A stretch of 64,000 nt of DNA, from positions 3,410,001 through 3,474,000 of the forward strand of contig OZ287757.1 in the NCBI GenBank assembly GCA_965649765.1, read 5' to 3'. The DNA comes from Bispira polyomma. Taxonomy: Eukaryota. Within the stretch, counting starts at the first letter, position 1; each line of letters begins with the position of its first letter. A program made the position numbers and the translations under genes. The notes under the pieces were generated by a model, which worked only from the letters and a program-made list of their open reading frames with translations, was not told where the DNA came from and did no database searches. Shown here piece by piece: positions 1-14,210 of this stretch.

Positions 1-821
1 TCATCTTGGTATCCACGTGGAGAAAATATGGTAGTGAACTTGCTGAAAGTGCAGAAAACCTTGACTAACTGCCCTGTTTGGTTTTCTGTGGCAGTTGGAA
101 TGTTACACAAAATCTATTCAAAGCATAATTAAAACCAGACTAATACACTTGTGTCTGTGGGTCTTGGCAGTGTATATGTAACAACTTTTGCCTCACACAT
201 CTAATGTGACATCTTCTGTCACAGTTTTGAACCATATTCCCAGCATTTATTTGAATTAAAAACTGGGCAGTAGACCTGCTGAAGGTTGATGTTGAGCAGT
301 GTATACATCTTGAGAGCAACTTACTTCTACTGATATTGGTTCTAGTACTTTGTCTAAAGAATTTTTTACTCAGTGTGACAGAGTAAAATTATCCGTTATC
401 GCCAACAGAGTCAATTTTTACAAGGAAATTGATTTAAACTTTGGGAACACTGGTTCGTTTAATCTGGATTTAAGGATAAATGGGGTTAGATAAGAAGATT
501 ATATTGTGTACTAAATGTATAATATTAATATGCAAGTATGTTCAAAGGGTTGTGGGGGCCATAGTCTGGTATTATTAGAAATATTGGACTCCAGAAACTT
601 TACATTATTATATTTACTTCATATCATAAATAAAAGCAGGATTCTTAATAATTTACAATTTTTTTTACAAAATCGACCATGTCTGATTTCTGCTACCACG
701 ATACCTCTTACCCAACATCTTATTATAGCCACCCTCATAATTTACATGCTAATAACCTAATCTTTACCCCTATCAAATTCATGCATGCACAACATCAAGT
801 TAGTAGCAGTTATTTACAAAC

Positions 822-1010
822 CTCTGCACTAAATCGTTCCTCTCTTGCGTCATGTAAGTCAACTGTTTCCCCAAATTTTTGCACTGATCTTTATGATAAG
901 TCACTTCTTTATCCCTTTCCCTGATGTCTGATTGCAAGGAGGCAATTTCTTTATTTTGCCTGTTAATCTGATCCTTTAAATGCTCCTCAGATTCAGAGGG
1001 ATTAGGCTTA
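822..1010 (-). CDS. Coiled-coil internal exon (189 nt, phase 2-2) of a probable second MIEAP-like paralogue; rest of gene not resolved
   Basis: Acceptor ttttaccacag, donor AG|gtttgt (same donor as exon 19116..19241); open frame KPNPSESEEHLKDQINRQNKEIASLQSDIRERDKE...NDLVQR with heptad character. Confidence 0.6.
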
Positions 1011-1889
1011 CTGTGGTAAAAATACAGTATGTTAAACGTGAGCACCATATAAGTAGATTAGATTTTTATTGAAGTTAAAGAAAATTCTGTGGAATAAATT
1101 TTCTCTATTGGTTACTTTATATATTTATTGGAAGTTAAATAAAAATATAAGTCTTCACTTTTAAAATATCAAAGCTCATAATTTAATTTGACATCCCTGA
1201 TCACGCATTTGAATTGCAAATGGACTATGATTTTAAAAACTGTGTCAATGACGTTGTGCTTTAAAAGCTGCCCGGCATCAATTAGGCGTGTTACAAGTCT
1301 ATTATATAATCAATTCTTAAATGCATACAGGGGCCATGATTACAGTGGTGAAAGGTGAGCTTGTTGGCAATATACCACAGAAGTATGTGATCACATAGTT
1401 ATCATAATTTACACAGTACTAACTGACCCACAGAAAGAGATTATAAGAGGATGATTATAATTAACTATGCTATGATGTCTCGAATTTAACACTTTTGACC
1501 CAAGAGAAAACTATCACTAGATACTGAATGCAATTTTTCAGGAATAGGTTACAAAGAGCTGGAGTTACTAAAAGACACACAACAGACTTTGTGGGTGCGA
1601 TAGTATTTATGAAAAGCTTCGGCTGTAGAAACACTGAATCTCACATTATTATGTTGATTTACACATCATATTTAAAAATAGGAGCACCCTTTTTCAAAAT
1701 TCATACATTTATACAAAGTCCACTTTGCACTGTACATTTAAAATTGTAGTTGTCAATACGGCCACTGTTATAATTAACGTGTTTATGACATGCATCTCCC
1801 CCCCCCCCCCCACACACACATACACACATCAAATACATGTACGCACAATAGCAATTAAGTAGCGGTTATTTCCAAACTGCTTTTCTAAC

Positions 1890-2009
1890 CTTTGGTACTG
1901 ATGTTTGAGACGTCTTATTTCTTTGTCTTTTTCTTCCATGGTTGAATTTAAGGATGCTATTTGTACCTCTTGAAAGTTAATTTTATCCCTCAATTCCTCC
2001 TCCAGTTTC
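1890..2009 (-). CDS. Duplicated coiled-coil exon, paralogous to 822..1010 (donor position uncertain)
   Basis: Same upstream intron sequence (atggtgctcac...tttaccacag); peptide KLEEELRDKINFQEVQIASLNSTMEEKDKEIRRLKHQYQR aligns to the 822..1010 exon; flanks also similar (atcaaagctcataatt at ~1168 and ~2135). Confidence 0.5.
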
Positions 2010-3154
2010 CTGTGGTAAATATATAACATATTCAATGTGAGCACCATACAAGTCGTTAATTATTTATATTTTTTGCAAAAGGTGTCTTCGTTTCTGTCTG
2101 GGTCAATACAAGTATAAATTTCCAGTACAAGGTAATCAAAGCTCATAATTAAACTCCCAATTGCATACAGTGGCTAATATTCGAATGTACGACTATAAAG
2201 GCGAGGTTGTTTCCAGTTGTATTATAGGAGACTATATGAAACAGATTGTCAAACTATCACACTATCACATCTTGAATTCAACCCTTTCAACCCTAACCTA
2301 AATCTATCACTAATAACTAAAGGATTGTTTTTGGTAATAGGTCACAGATAGCTAGAATCACTAAAACAGACACCATAGACTACTTCCGGCATTGAATAAA
2401 AGCCTCATGTAACAATTTTGGTTTGTGAGGAACTGAAACAACAAAAAATAATAATTTTGAGGTGTTCACTGCATGCCGACAGATGGCTTCTGGGAGTAAT
2501 AACTACTGTCACCTGCTATTCAACAACCAAAGCTCAAAAGCATTAGCAAAACTTTATATTTTGTCTGGGCTAGAAAACAGTCAAAATATACGTGTATGCT
2601 AATGTGAAAGTACGGAATGCAATTTTAATTTTTCCCTATGTTTTGTGTATTTAATATTTTTATTTAAGTACAATTTGCGACATGGCACGTGCAGTGTGTC
2701 AATGTGGAAATTGGGCTGGAGTGAGAAAATGTTGTACCTGAAGGCCCATGCAAAATCTACAGCTTTCACAATCGCTGCTCCCATGTTGAGCTTATATCAC
2801 TAGCAACACTGTCCGGAGAAAACTTAAAACCTATTTCTTCAAATTCAGTCACTCCACCTAGATTATACACCCCCCCCCCCCCCAACCTCCCTTATGTGCG
2901 TTTTGTGGACTTTTTGATTGCTTAATTTTTTTGTCGATCTAGCAGATGCCTCGTATATAATACTATGCACTTAATATAATACTATGCAAAGATGTGCAAC
3001 GTAATATGCAAAGATGTACCTGTGTTACAAATAACATGCACAGTTATCCTATGAACAAGTGTGTACATCTATAGTGTGTAATTCAGCACATCCACTATTA
3101 TTGTTTTAAATTGGTCTTTTTATTATATACTGATATGAAATGAAATAGTACATT

Positions 3155-3431
3155 TGTTATAGCGCACTTTATAGGAGATAGGGTCCTTTCAAATGCACTT
3201 CCTCATGGCCAGCCACTATGGGTGCCGAGATACTTGAGGATGACCATTTATCAACGTCCCCAAGGATCTTTAATCTGCCACTGAAGATAGTACTTAGTAC
3301 ACTAGGCAAAGTTGTGTTCACATCTTGCCCAAGGATGTTATCCCACCAAATGAAACTAGCGGCTGGTACCAGGACTTGAACCGGGGACCTTCTGATCATC
3401 AGACCAACACCCTAACCACTAGACTACGGGG
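3155..3431 (-). mobile_element. tRNA-derived SINE
   Basis: Minus strand begins cccgtagtctagtggttagg (A box) ... ggttcaagtcc (B box), then tccttgggcaag, and ends near gcgctataa; head-only relative at ~13645..13748. Confidence 0.7.
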
Positions 3432-6400
3432 GATATAAAATGACCTTTTAATATTATATGTGCACACTGGCAGGTTAATTTTAAATTTTCACGTGATTAA
3501 TTATGTCACAAATAGATACATACAATGATGTTGTTCCAAACTTAAGCCGGCATCAAATATAGCTGACCTAACCCTTCCAAGACGTTTTCTTAAATTTATT
3601 CCTTACAAAAATACAAATCAGCATTTGGTGTGTTCATGTGTCAATACAAAAATATAATATATATGTGCTTTGGTTTGAGCTGAAACAAAGCATTAAATTA
3701 TAAGTACAACAAATTATATTATTTTGTTTGCAGAAATTACTGCTTTTTAACAGTGGGGTTTACTCTATAGATACAATGAAATCCTTTCCATTGATACTAT
3801 GATTGTATATGTTAGTGCTTTTTACAAGTTACAACAAATGTTGACATTTTGAAGTGGGGAAAAGCCGAGATTTGTTTAAGTGATTTTAGTATATCCAGCT
3901 TCCTTGTTACAGAGTCTGGTCGAAACAAAAAGAATGGATAGGGTTGCAGCAAAAATTCATTTAAGTATTAAACACAGATCTTGAAGGTGAATGACTACTA
4001 AATATTTTCAAATGCATTCTAAAAGCTTATTCTCCAAGATAAATGTTTAGAACCTTTTTGTTGGAGAGTCTTTCTGTAATGTTCGGCCATTTTGGATTTT
4101 TTACAGGAAATCACCTGGTTCTGTATTTTTCAATATATCTAAAAAACAATAGTTCAGACCAGTTTTAATCTAAACTGAAACTCTTCGTATGATTGATGCT
4201 TATTTTGATATATGATTTTCTGACCAGCTCTTTCCCAGACTTGTGTACAGCTCAAAATGCTACAAAGGCAACATATAATAAAATTAATAGTGGCCTGACT
4301 CTAAGTTAGCTAGTACTTCAACACTTGTTCTTTTATCGCCAAAAACTTGCATTTATTTATCCTGACAAGACAAATACGAGCTAAAGATTTATGTATCTGA
4401 TACAGTAAGTATTCAGGTATGCATGTGTACATTATTCCGACTAATGAAACCAATATTATTCAAAAACTTTGAAAATACCTACCTTCCATTACTTTTTTTG
4501 GCCATGATGATTTTCAGATATGTCCAACTATATATATCCTCTATTTTACAGTTATACTATTTGAGATAACAAAGAAATATTCAGTACTTTTGCTTTATAA
4601 CCACACAAACAACAATATTCTTTTTAGTCGTATGTCTCGTGCTATTGATATCTAAATACTGGTGTTTCTGTGACTCATGGGAGGCGTATCCGATGTATCA
4701 ATAATAGTAAACCATGCTGAAAACGAAAGTGAAACTACATAGGGGCAGACGTATTTCCTGATAATGGATACTTCCTCGCATATCATCGTCGTTTAGGAAC
4801 GTTATTTAGTGTACATATCGCATTCTAATAAATACTTGTTCTGATACTCGTTTTGTCAATAATAATTCAATAAAACTTCTTCTCAAATTAATTTTCACCA
4901 ATATAATATGTATATCATTGTTCAAGGCCTTTGTATGTGATGCCATTGTGTGTCTTCTGTTTAACCTATATAATGTCTTTAATTCACTAGTCATTGTTTA
5001 TTACAGCAGTGCGTAGCCATTTACAGTATTACAATGTATGTATAATGTCTGTGTAAATGTAAATGTAAAGACAGAATTAAAATAATAAACAATAATAAAA
5101 ATAAGGGAAATGGTTTAAATTGATATCTATCAATTACAAATTACAATAGCTTTCATAACCCATATATATTCTCTCATTTTCAATTGGTACTCTATTCATA
5201 TCATATACAGTAATGTTTTACAATTCACATAATAAACATGTATGCAACACTAACTACTGTCAATAACATACATACATACATATTTTACACAGAAGAAGCA
5301 GTTATATCCTATAGAACATGCGTATATGTCAGGGTTGGCAGTTTCTTGACGACTCTGGTTCAAATCTATGGTAAACCCTACCACGAAAAAATCAATGTCA
5401 AAAGTTGCCAAAATGTTCCTGTTAACTGCAGAAAGTTAACCTTACAACAATAGATATCAAGTGCAGCCACAAATCTTGAGTTGTAAAAGGCCACAAATGT
5501 AAACTGCAGTATATAGTGTCAAAAATATTTAATCCGAAATATATTTAAAACACTGTAAATGGTGAAGAGGTTCTACTTCAAGGAATTTGTGGTAATGTAT
5601 TTTTATTTCCATAACTGAATTATCTTTTGTATCACAAATATGTCAAAATACAACAATTATTATTATATTAACTTCACTTTTGTTTTAGTAATAAACCTAA
5701 ACAATGTATTCCTAATCACCTCTGTCTGCAGTCATAATCATTTGAAAATCTTGTTTAACTGAAAATGCCATTTATATGTGCAAACTATAACTGTCACTTT
5801 AGAAAAGCCCTTAAGACTCAATGGTTCTTTTAATAATGAGTATTGTAATGTTGAAATGTGCAACTAAAGTAAACTTTAAACACATATCTAATACTTTTTT
5901 TAAGTATTTAGAGTCATTCTGTCCAGTTATATCAAAAGGTATTTTGCAGTTCTGTCTACTGTGATAGACATGTGAAATATTGTCCTATGATTTAAAAAGA
6001 AAGGGGATGTTATGTCTGGGAGGGGTTTTGTCAGGGGGGTTTATGTCAATGAGGGGATTTGTTAGTTGGTTGGGGGGAGGGGGGGTGGGGGATGTCCTAC
6101 ATTTCTTGATGTTGCACATGTATTTGTGGAAGAGGGGAGAGGTTGGCTGATGTCATGGGCTATAATTTAAATTACATTTTAAAATAATTCTTTATTTAAG
6201 AAAATTCTTAAAAAATTACTCAAAAATAAAGAAGGATCAATATCAACTGGAATAGTGTTATGTTCAATTTTGGTACTAATATCATGTGACTATTACAAAA
6301 CTTAATCTTGATAACACATAAAATCTTATTTTTGCAACATATATTCTCAAATCACAGGGTAATATTTTGGTAATAATCAGTCAAAAATATTTGTGTACTT

Positions 6401-6754
6401 CCAGTGTGCTATTTTGAAATAGCAAAAACAAAGCAATAACCTTTTACCTTTCAGTGGCGAAAAACCTATCCAATTAAAAGGTTTATGAGATAAATTATCA
6501 AAATAAAACATTATGCGTGAATATATTTCTAAAGAAAATAATCTAAAATACATCTTCATATAATTGAATCAATTTGTTAGGTAAATTTCTATCATGTGTT
6601 TGGCCATTTTAAAACGCAAGATATAAATTTTCCACAGAATTGTTTTTGTTTATTTTATTTTGATTCACTTTTGAACATAAATATCCCAAGTATGTGTAAC
6701 TTAAAGCGCATCCATATTATCCTGGTTGTTTGTAGTTGAAAAAAACAACAAGTC

Positions 6755-7380
6755 ATATTTTTGTGGATACAGTGGTTTACCCTTCCGAAATCTCCAACCA
6801 ATCTGTAGGAAATCCTGAGATGGGAATCTTCCGATATGGTCATTTTTGACCTTGGGCCTCTTCTTCAAGGACAAACACGGATGGCCAAACTTAAAAGTAC
6901 CTATATCTCGCTTATTATGGATCCCAGAGGTTTGGAGTCCCAAACCAACCTATAGAAAATCATGGGCTGGGAATCTTTTGCTATGCTCAGATTTGACCTT
7001 AGGCCTCTCTTTCGAGGTCAAATGGGAATGACCAAACTTAAAAGTGGCTATATCTCGCTTATAATTGGTCCTAGAGGTTTGGAATGTGAAACCAATCAGT
7101 AGGAAATAAAGGCCTGGGAATTTTTTAATGTGGTTCAATTTGACTTTGGGCCCCTCGTTCAAGGTCAGTCTTGATGAAACTTAAAAGTGCCTATATTTCT
7201 CTTATTATTGGTTGTAGAAGTTTGGGATGTGAAACCAACCTGTGAAAATTATGAGCTGGTAATCTTTTGCTGTGGTCAGATTTGACTTTGGACCCCTCGG
7301 GCAAGGTCGAAGGCCAGACTTTAAAGTGCCTATCTCATACTTATTATTGGATCCACAGGTTTGCAATGTGAGACTCACTT
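6755..7380. repeat. Tandem array of ~146-bp units (about 4 copies), probably internal to a non-autonomous DNA transposon
   Basis: tttgacctt/tttgacttt recurs at ~6846, 6992, 7139, 7281, each followed by aacttaaaagtg...tatatctc...ttattgg...aaaccaa. Confidence 0.75.
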
Positions 7381-10300
7381 GTGCCATTTTAGGGAGATTT
7401 CACATCGTGAACACTGTGCCAGAGTTGTGGTGGGCTGTCGTTTCTTACCTCTCCCGATGTTAAATTTGTAACACTATAACACACTATCACTTATAAAATC
7501 CGTTTATCACCCTCCACGTATATGATGAAACACAATGTGTATAATATAACATCATGTAAAATGATCACGTAAATAATAAAACACTAAGACTGGTATAAAC
7601 ACTAAAACTGGTATAAAAAACACTCTTATTTCCCGCCAATGTTTCATATATTTACAAATGGCGGTGTATTTTCCAAGATTTCAGTAGTTGCTTGTCCAAC
7701 TTTTAATTTTCTGATGCCCACATAATGGAAAGGGCGGCAAAACATCTGAGTGAACTTGGCCTGCTATTGGCTTTAGCTAAGTACTGTGATAGGCTACTGC
7801 CCCAGCAAACAAATTGTTTATAAACAATACTGTATGATGTCAAATTTCCGCGACTGATAAGCCATGCTTGCTGCAATGACTGTTAATAGGAAATCATAGG
7901 CTTCTAGCTTAGGTGCTACCTGGAGTGCGTTGTCTTTCTGGTGGATACAAATTTGCATCTGTTCTCAAATGTGCTAGGTCTAGTTGATTTTGACACAGAG
8001 TGCACATACACTTAATCAATACAATGCGAAAAGGGTGGTTATGCAATGTGTTAAAAAAACTGTAGTTAAATAAATAACATTAAAAATGAAAACTAAGTAT
8101 TTAGTTATTTATTATCAACAAAAAACACTCACTTTATAAAACTTTCACAAAAATTTTACAAATTGTTTAAATATTTAAATAAAATAGTGTGAATATTTTA
8201 CCAGTAATACTGGAGAAATCTTAGGAAGTGTGGTTGTTTTAAAAATAAAAAAAATCTTTGCTTAGAATAAAGTTATATTCTTTGAAAATAGGTTTTAGCT
8301 AAGAATAAAGAATTTTTCTATGCTTAGAATAATTCTTTAAAAAACAAAAAAAATTCTTATTTTTTGTAAAGAAACTTTGTATATAGGGCCCCTGGTTTTT
8401 AAGGAACTCGTAAATTTTGTAATTTTCCTCAGATAATTGTATATTCATACACTTCTACCTGACGAATCCCAACATCTTTTTGGCTTTTTTATAGCATTGT
8501 AGCCTGTGCAAGGCATATCTATCATGCACCAAAAATAATTAAAGCAACAAAGGTCTAATTAAAATATACGAAATACAATTAATCTGAAAAAAGTACCATG
8601 ATATGTTAAGATACATTTCTTGATTTATATAAATCCAAAACAAAATTGCCGATGTATGATACCCTCATAACATCTACACCAATAGTTTACCTGCAATAAC
8701 ATACAATTGCTAAGTAACAACGAATACAAGAATAACATGGATAGCTTAGCTATGTATGGCTACACCTTACCTTTTCATTACGTATTGCACAAATATTTAC
8801 CTATAAGAGATAATGTTGTTCTGATCATACACAATTTACATTACCTTGTGCACATTACAAACTTTGCTAGTCATTTTTAATTGCGGGTACTTTGGTGGTT
8901 GGTGAGCGGAGGAGGAGTTGGCAAAAGAAACATTGATTCATACAATGTATTATGCTCGCATAAACAACACTGATTTTTTTAGCCATCCCATCTCCAAACC
9001 CATCAACTTTTACCTTGTCCATCTCATTGTTTACCATGATAAAAGAAGAATGACATCAACCTACTGCTCCCCGCCCCCTTCCTCCAAGTCTTACTTTGTT
9101 TAATCCGACCTATCGACCCGATTTCAACCCTTTTTTATCTGTAATGTATCATTCACATTGTCCAAAGTTCTTGCCACATTTATCCCAGTTTACTCCTGAT
9201 AATTAGAACTTGGTCGATCAGGAGAGACTGGAGGAAAATGTTCATTTGCTTATTATTCACCAGATCATGCCCAGGACATGCCTTTTTTAAGCCCAGTTTA
9301 TGCCCAGTTTTATCCTGGTATGCCCATTGATGGGCATAACTAAGATATAGCTTTGGAAAAATCTAAAGGTGTAGACAGCACTATCTACCATCTACTTATA
9401 TAATTTTTACTTCATTTTCGGTAGAAATGACTGTTTGGTACTAAGAATATGTCCCTCCTCTTAAAATCTTTCTTTTTATTTTTTTGTTTGTTTAATACGA
9501 TCGGTATTATGGCCTACTAATTACCTAATTACTGATATTTCATTGGTAAAATGCACATGTCTAGGAACATACAAGTGAATCAGTGAGTTTGGGGATATAT
9601 TTGTGATATATATGTACATGTTTGTGCATTTCAGACAATTGGTAAAGACTTCAAACAAAAGATGTACGAACAATGTCTTAAAGCAATAGCTAGCCAGTGA
9701 AAGGCGATTAGGATTGGTAACGAAGAATTTTATTATTGTACTGTCATCAATGGTATGTCGTGAATCAGGAATATTAATGCCATGTAAGGCCTGTAAAAGA
9801 CTACTATCATCTTAGCTAGGGTTTCTTGGATTTTAATAAATCGGTCGACGTCAGTGACTGCTGAAAGAAAGCCGAGACTAATTCTATTTTTATCTCATGC
9901 AAATATCTATCCATCAATCACCATTAGCATCTGCCGAAGTGGCCCCCTGGGCCACTGTTAACTTGTTTATCAGGCACAACCTGATGTTATTTTGATTCTC
10001 AAAAGGGCACTGCTATCTTTGAAATAATATGTAATGACTTCATGGATTGATTGAAAGCAATCAACCAGGCCAAACTGAGGGGTGTCTATATTGGCGATAT
10101 TAGCGTTAGTGTATTTCACACTGTGTGCATGTGTCTTTTTTAAAAGACTACTGTTAGAGAAATCCCCATAGAAATCTTTAAAACTCTCCTCTTCTATAAC
10201 CAGGCAAAAAGGTAATATGTGCTACAGTTCACTAGTGGTGGGATAGAAGGTCAAAGTAGAGGTCGAAGGGAAAAGTGAAGACAAAATAGTAAAAATTGGA

Positions 10301-11415
10301 GGAATTTATTTTCTGTACATGTTAGTAATATATGTTGTGAAATGTAAACAATTAGTTATTTAAAATATTTATAATTTTAAAACGTCTGTACATACGTAGA
10401 GAACATAGTGACAAAGTCACAAAAGCGCAAAAATATCATAACATATCAATCTAAGCAATATGCATACCACAATATACAGGACTGCAATGTCACTGTATGT
10501 GACTACCAACAAGAAAACTGTAGTATGGACAGTGTTAACAATAATGTATGATCCATCGATTAATAGATGAAGTGTACATTTTTATTACAACAAAATAGCA
10601 CCATATAAAAATCTGATAAGTTTGATTAATAAGTTCGATAAAAACATATTCCAATTAATACTCAGGATAATCCTGGTAACAAACAGGGCCAGTCAAAAAC
10701 CTAAACCTCATTGACAGAGGTAATAATTGACGATTAGAAGCAGTTCTACAAATTAACAACCATTATCAATAGTATTACAATTTAAGTGTGGTGTTCAAAA
10801 AACTAACCAAAATCAAATAATAACAATGACTCGATGTTGGTGTGATGAACTATATATAGGGTTCAGTTTAATCAGGAAATTAGTTATAACACAATACCAT
10901 CACCATTATTCATACAGTATTCACCATATATCATTCAATAACATATATATATATATATATAGTTATCCTTTATCAATTGTAAATATAAAACATAACCATA
11001 ATGTGACCCTGTGGTGGACCACATCAGCAATGACCACACAAATCAACCGAAAAAAGTACAACCTCCAAGCTGCCAGCTGCTGCGCATTCGCCTTCAACAA
11101 AAAATTCCAAAAATGGGGACCTGGGTGAAACGAGAGTTATGAGAGTAGTGTCTTGTATCTTGCATATTTTGCTCAAGCCAATGCTATAAAATATTACCTT
11201 AAACAATACTTTTACAAACCCAATTTCCATATAATCCTAATAACAGTAAAGTTTATTTACAGACATAATTTACTGCATATTTATATGAGACAAACTTAAA
11301 AAATGTAAGCAATCGTTTCAAATTTATTTTTTGATCTTCTTTGCATTATTCAAGGTTCATTTTGCATATTGTTTTATTCATGCTTTACCAATAAGTAACA
11401 CGAAAACTTCAGCCT

Positions 11416-12428
11416 GATACATTAAATTATTGAAGCAACAGCTGATGCCCACTGTACCAAAACAGGGCTGTGAAAGTTAAAAACAGGGAATTTGTGTTTG
11501 CTTTGTGTATAGAATAATACAATACTAAGGATATATTTGTGGATATAAGGTAATTGCATTCCACTCAGCACTATGCAATAGTATTATTTAAAAGTAATGA
11601 CGGAAATAGCCAGAGCTTTTCCATAATCATACATACGAAAATAAGGCAGACATCTGCAGTCAGTTCAGAAATGTTTAAATGCCAGTTAAAATTAGGAATG
11701 AACAAGCCCACAAAATCATACAAAAAACCTTAATATATGTATCTTACCTTAATATATCAAAACCACAAAAAAACTTGCACTATTAGAGCCTAAACTGTTT
11801 ATTTGTCCTATATTGTAGACCACAGCTCCCTACCACTTCCAAGATTAGCTTATCGACACATTAGAGAGCTTTAAAGAGCTCTATTTGCATTATAAAATAG
11901 CGATGCGTAGGTTCCAGCAAAGTTACATCATTGCTATAAAAAACTAATACATAAACCCATTATGATTAAGTATTTTTTCTTGCTCAATAGAAGTTTAGAT
12001 CGTGTAAAATATTTATGTTAATTAGAAGCATTTATATAGTGTTAAATTTGTGCAAATTTTAGCTGATGTAAAAGTGCATATCATATAAAATCGAAGCTAA
12101 GGTTATATAAGTCTGTTTGACTGTGAAAAGACTTAACATGGGACAGGGTATACACAAAATATACAAAAAAATATATAAATCATAATAACAATGTCTGAAC
12201 TTTTAAACATATGTAAAATTTACATATAAAATCATATACAATATCACTATAACACCCCTAAATATTTTCAGTAGCTATTCATATATTACAATTATAACAT
12301 TAACTAGTCAGTGCCAACAGTTACAACATTTAAAGATTGTGGACAAACATGACCAATCATAAATTCATTGGAGAAAACAACCAAACACAAAAAAACTGTT
12401 TTATGGTTTGGTTTGGGAGAACACTTAA
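11416..12428 (+). repeat. ~1 kb dispersed repeat, copy 1 (copy 2 at 37812..38836)
   Basis: Collinear similarity from aattattgaag to tttgggagaacactta in both places, same orientation, visibly diverged. Confidence 0.8.
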
Positions 12429-14210
12429 ACACCAACAAAAAAATTAAATTTCCAATCATTTGCAATATCATTATAACTTAAAAAAAAACAGAAAAAAAAC
12501 AGATCTGTTTTTGTCATGGTTTAGGAATACAATTAAAACCTATTTCTTCAAACCTTCCGCAGTTAGTTCCCTCCCTGTACACCCCTATATCCTGCCTTCA
12601 TAGCTTTTGGATTGCTCGACTAGTTAATTATTTATGTTATTGCACTTAAGGAGATATATCGTATCAATAAAGCACATTATCCAAATTACAATACAATCTT
12701 TCGCCACAATGTACATCAGTATTCGCCTACTGATGATGACAAATTGGCTATGTTTAAATGTTTATATGTGAAAAAATCAAACGAGTTGACTACTTTTGGA
12801 AAAGTCAAATTAGTTTTACAATGTAAACATCTCATATTCTTAAATGCAAGAATGTATTGGTTGATAGGTTTTCTGGATGTTGTTGTTAGTACAGTTACTG
12901 TAAACTAACAAAATAAACTACTTATAAAGTGCAGACGCTAAAACAATAGGTATCATCAGATAGATGTTATACTTATTAACCGGAAAGACATGTAGAAATT
13001 GAATGAATCTGTAATTCTACTTCACATATATATTCATGTTCACCAAGATGCAATTCAAAAATGATATTTGACAATGTATATACCTTAGTTAAATATTGTT
13101 ATAAAATACAATTTCTACTAATATAGCATTTATAGTATAAATGAATCACCCTTTTAACTGAAGTAATTGTAATCAGATTTATACTGAGCACTAAAAAATC
13201 TAGTTTCATCTGGTACTCAAAGTACTAATTAACTCTTTCCCGACTGCAACTGTGAACTGCCTCGGTTACTGTCATTCCCCTTACTGAAAGGAGAGACTTG
13301 AAGTTGACCAGTTATAAACGCCCCGAAGGATATTTAGCCTGCCACTGGGGATAGGACCCAGTGACAGAGGACCACTATTAAAAACTTAGTCAAATTTAAA
13401 CGTTCGACATTTAGTGTCAACCGCTAACCTATATGACTGACGGTAAACGTCATGTTGGTAAACGAAAACAATAATAAAAGTGACTATCTTAAATCACATG
13501 AAAAAGTCCAAATATCTATTAGTTGAAGTTAAGAATTTTGCTGTGCTTTTGGTTAGTTATAATCAATTTTCTGATGATCTTTACCGATCGACGTCTATGG
13601 GTCAATAGACCGAGGAATGCTTAGACGTTTGTCAATTTGTCCACTCGCTAGTACACATCCCACTAATGAACCTAGCAGCCCTTACTGGGAATAGAACCCT
13701 TTACCTTTTGATCATTAGACCAACTCCCTAACCACTAAGCCACAGGTGACCACAAGAGCAGAATCTTTATAATCCAAATTTGTAATATCTAAATATTTGA
13801 CTTCATGAGTTAATTTCTAAATTTGCCAAAATTATGTTTTCCTATAAGAGGATAACCTCAATTTTCTGAACTTTTCTTATTCAAATATACAATTTGATGA
13901 AGACACTTTCACTCTTCCAAATGCAGATTTTACAATGGTGTTATCATCTTAAAATGCCTCTGCTATTTCATACACATTCTATTTTCTCAATAAAATATTC
14001 CAATTTGTTTAAATAATATATGTTCTTCTGTAGTTTCTACACATACAGCCCTTGTTACTTGAATCAAAGACACCACTGGTGGTGAATTGTATATTAACGT
14101 GTCACGGATAGAATATAAAACCATCCAGTTTTTTTATTTGGTATAAAAACTCTTCAATTTAACCAAGTAAATGTGACATGTTCACTGTTGACGAACTCAT
14201 CATATACCCT

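Noticed and set aside
3360-3431. tRNA gene (also ~13700, ~45865, ~50601, ~51270)
   Set aside because: A/B boxes are present but I see no complete cloverleaf, and several continue into repeat bodies: SINE heads.
2400-11400. 60-100 aa ORFs in AT-rich DNA, e.g. 10826..11128 and 11024..11230
   Set aside because: No motifs or consistent splice phases that I could establish; further exons of the left-edge paralogue may exist here but I could not support them.
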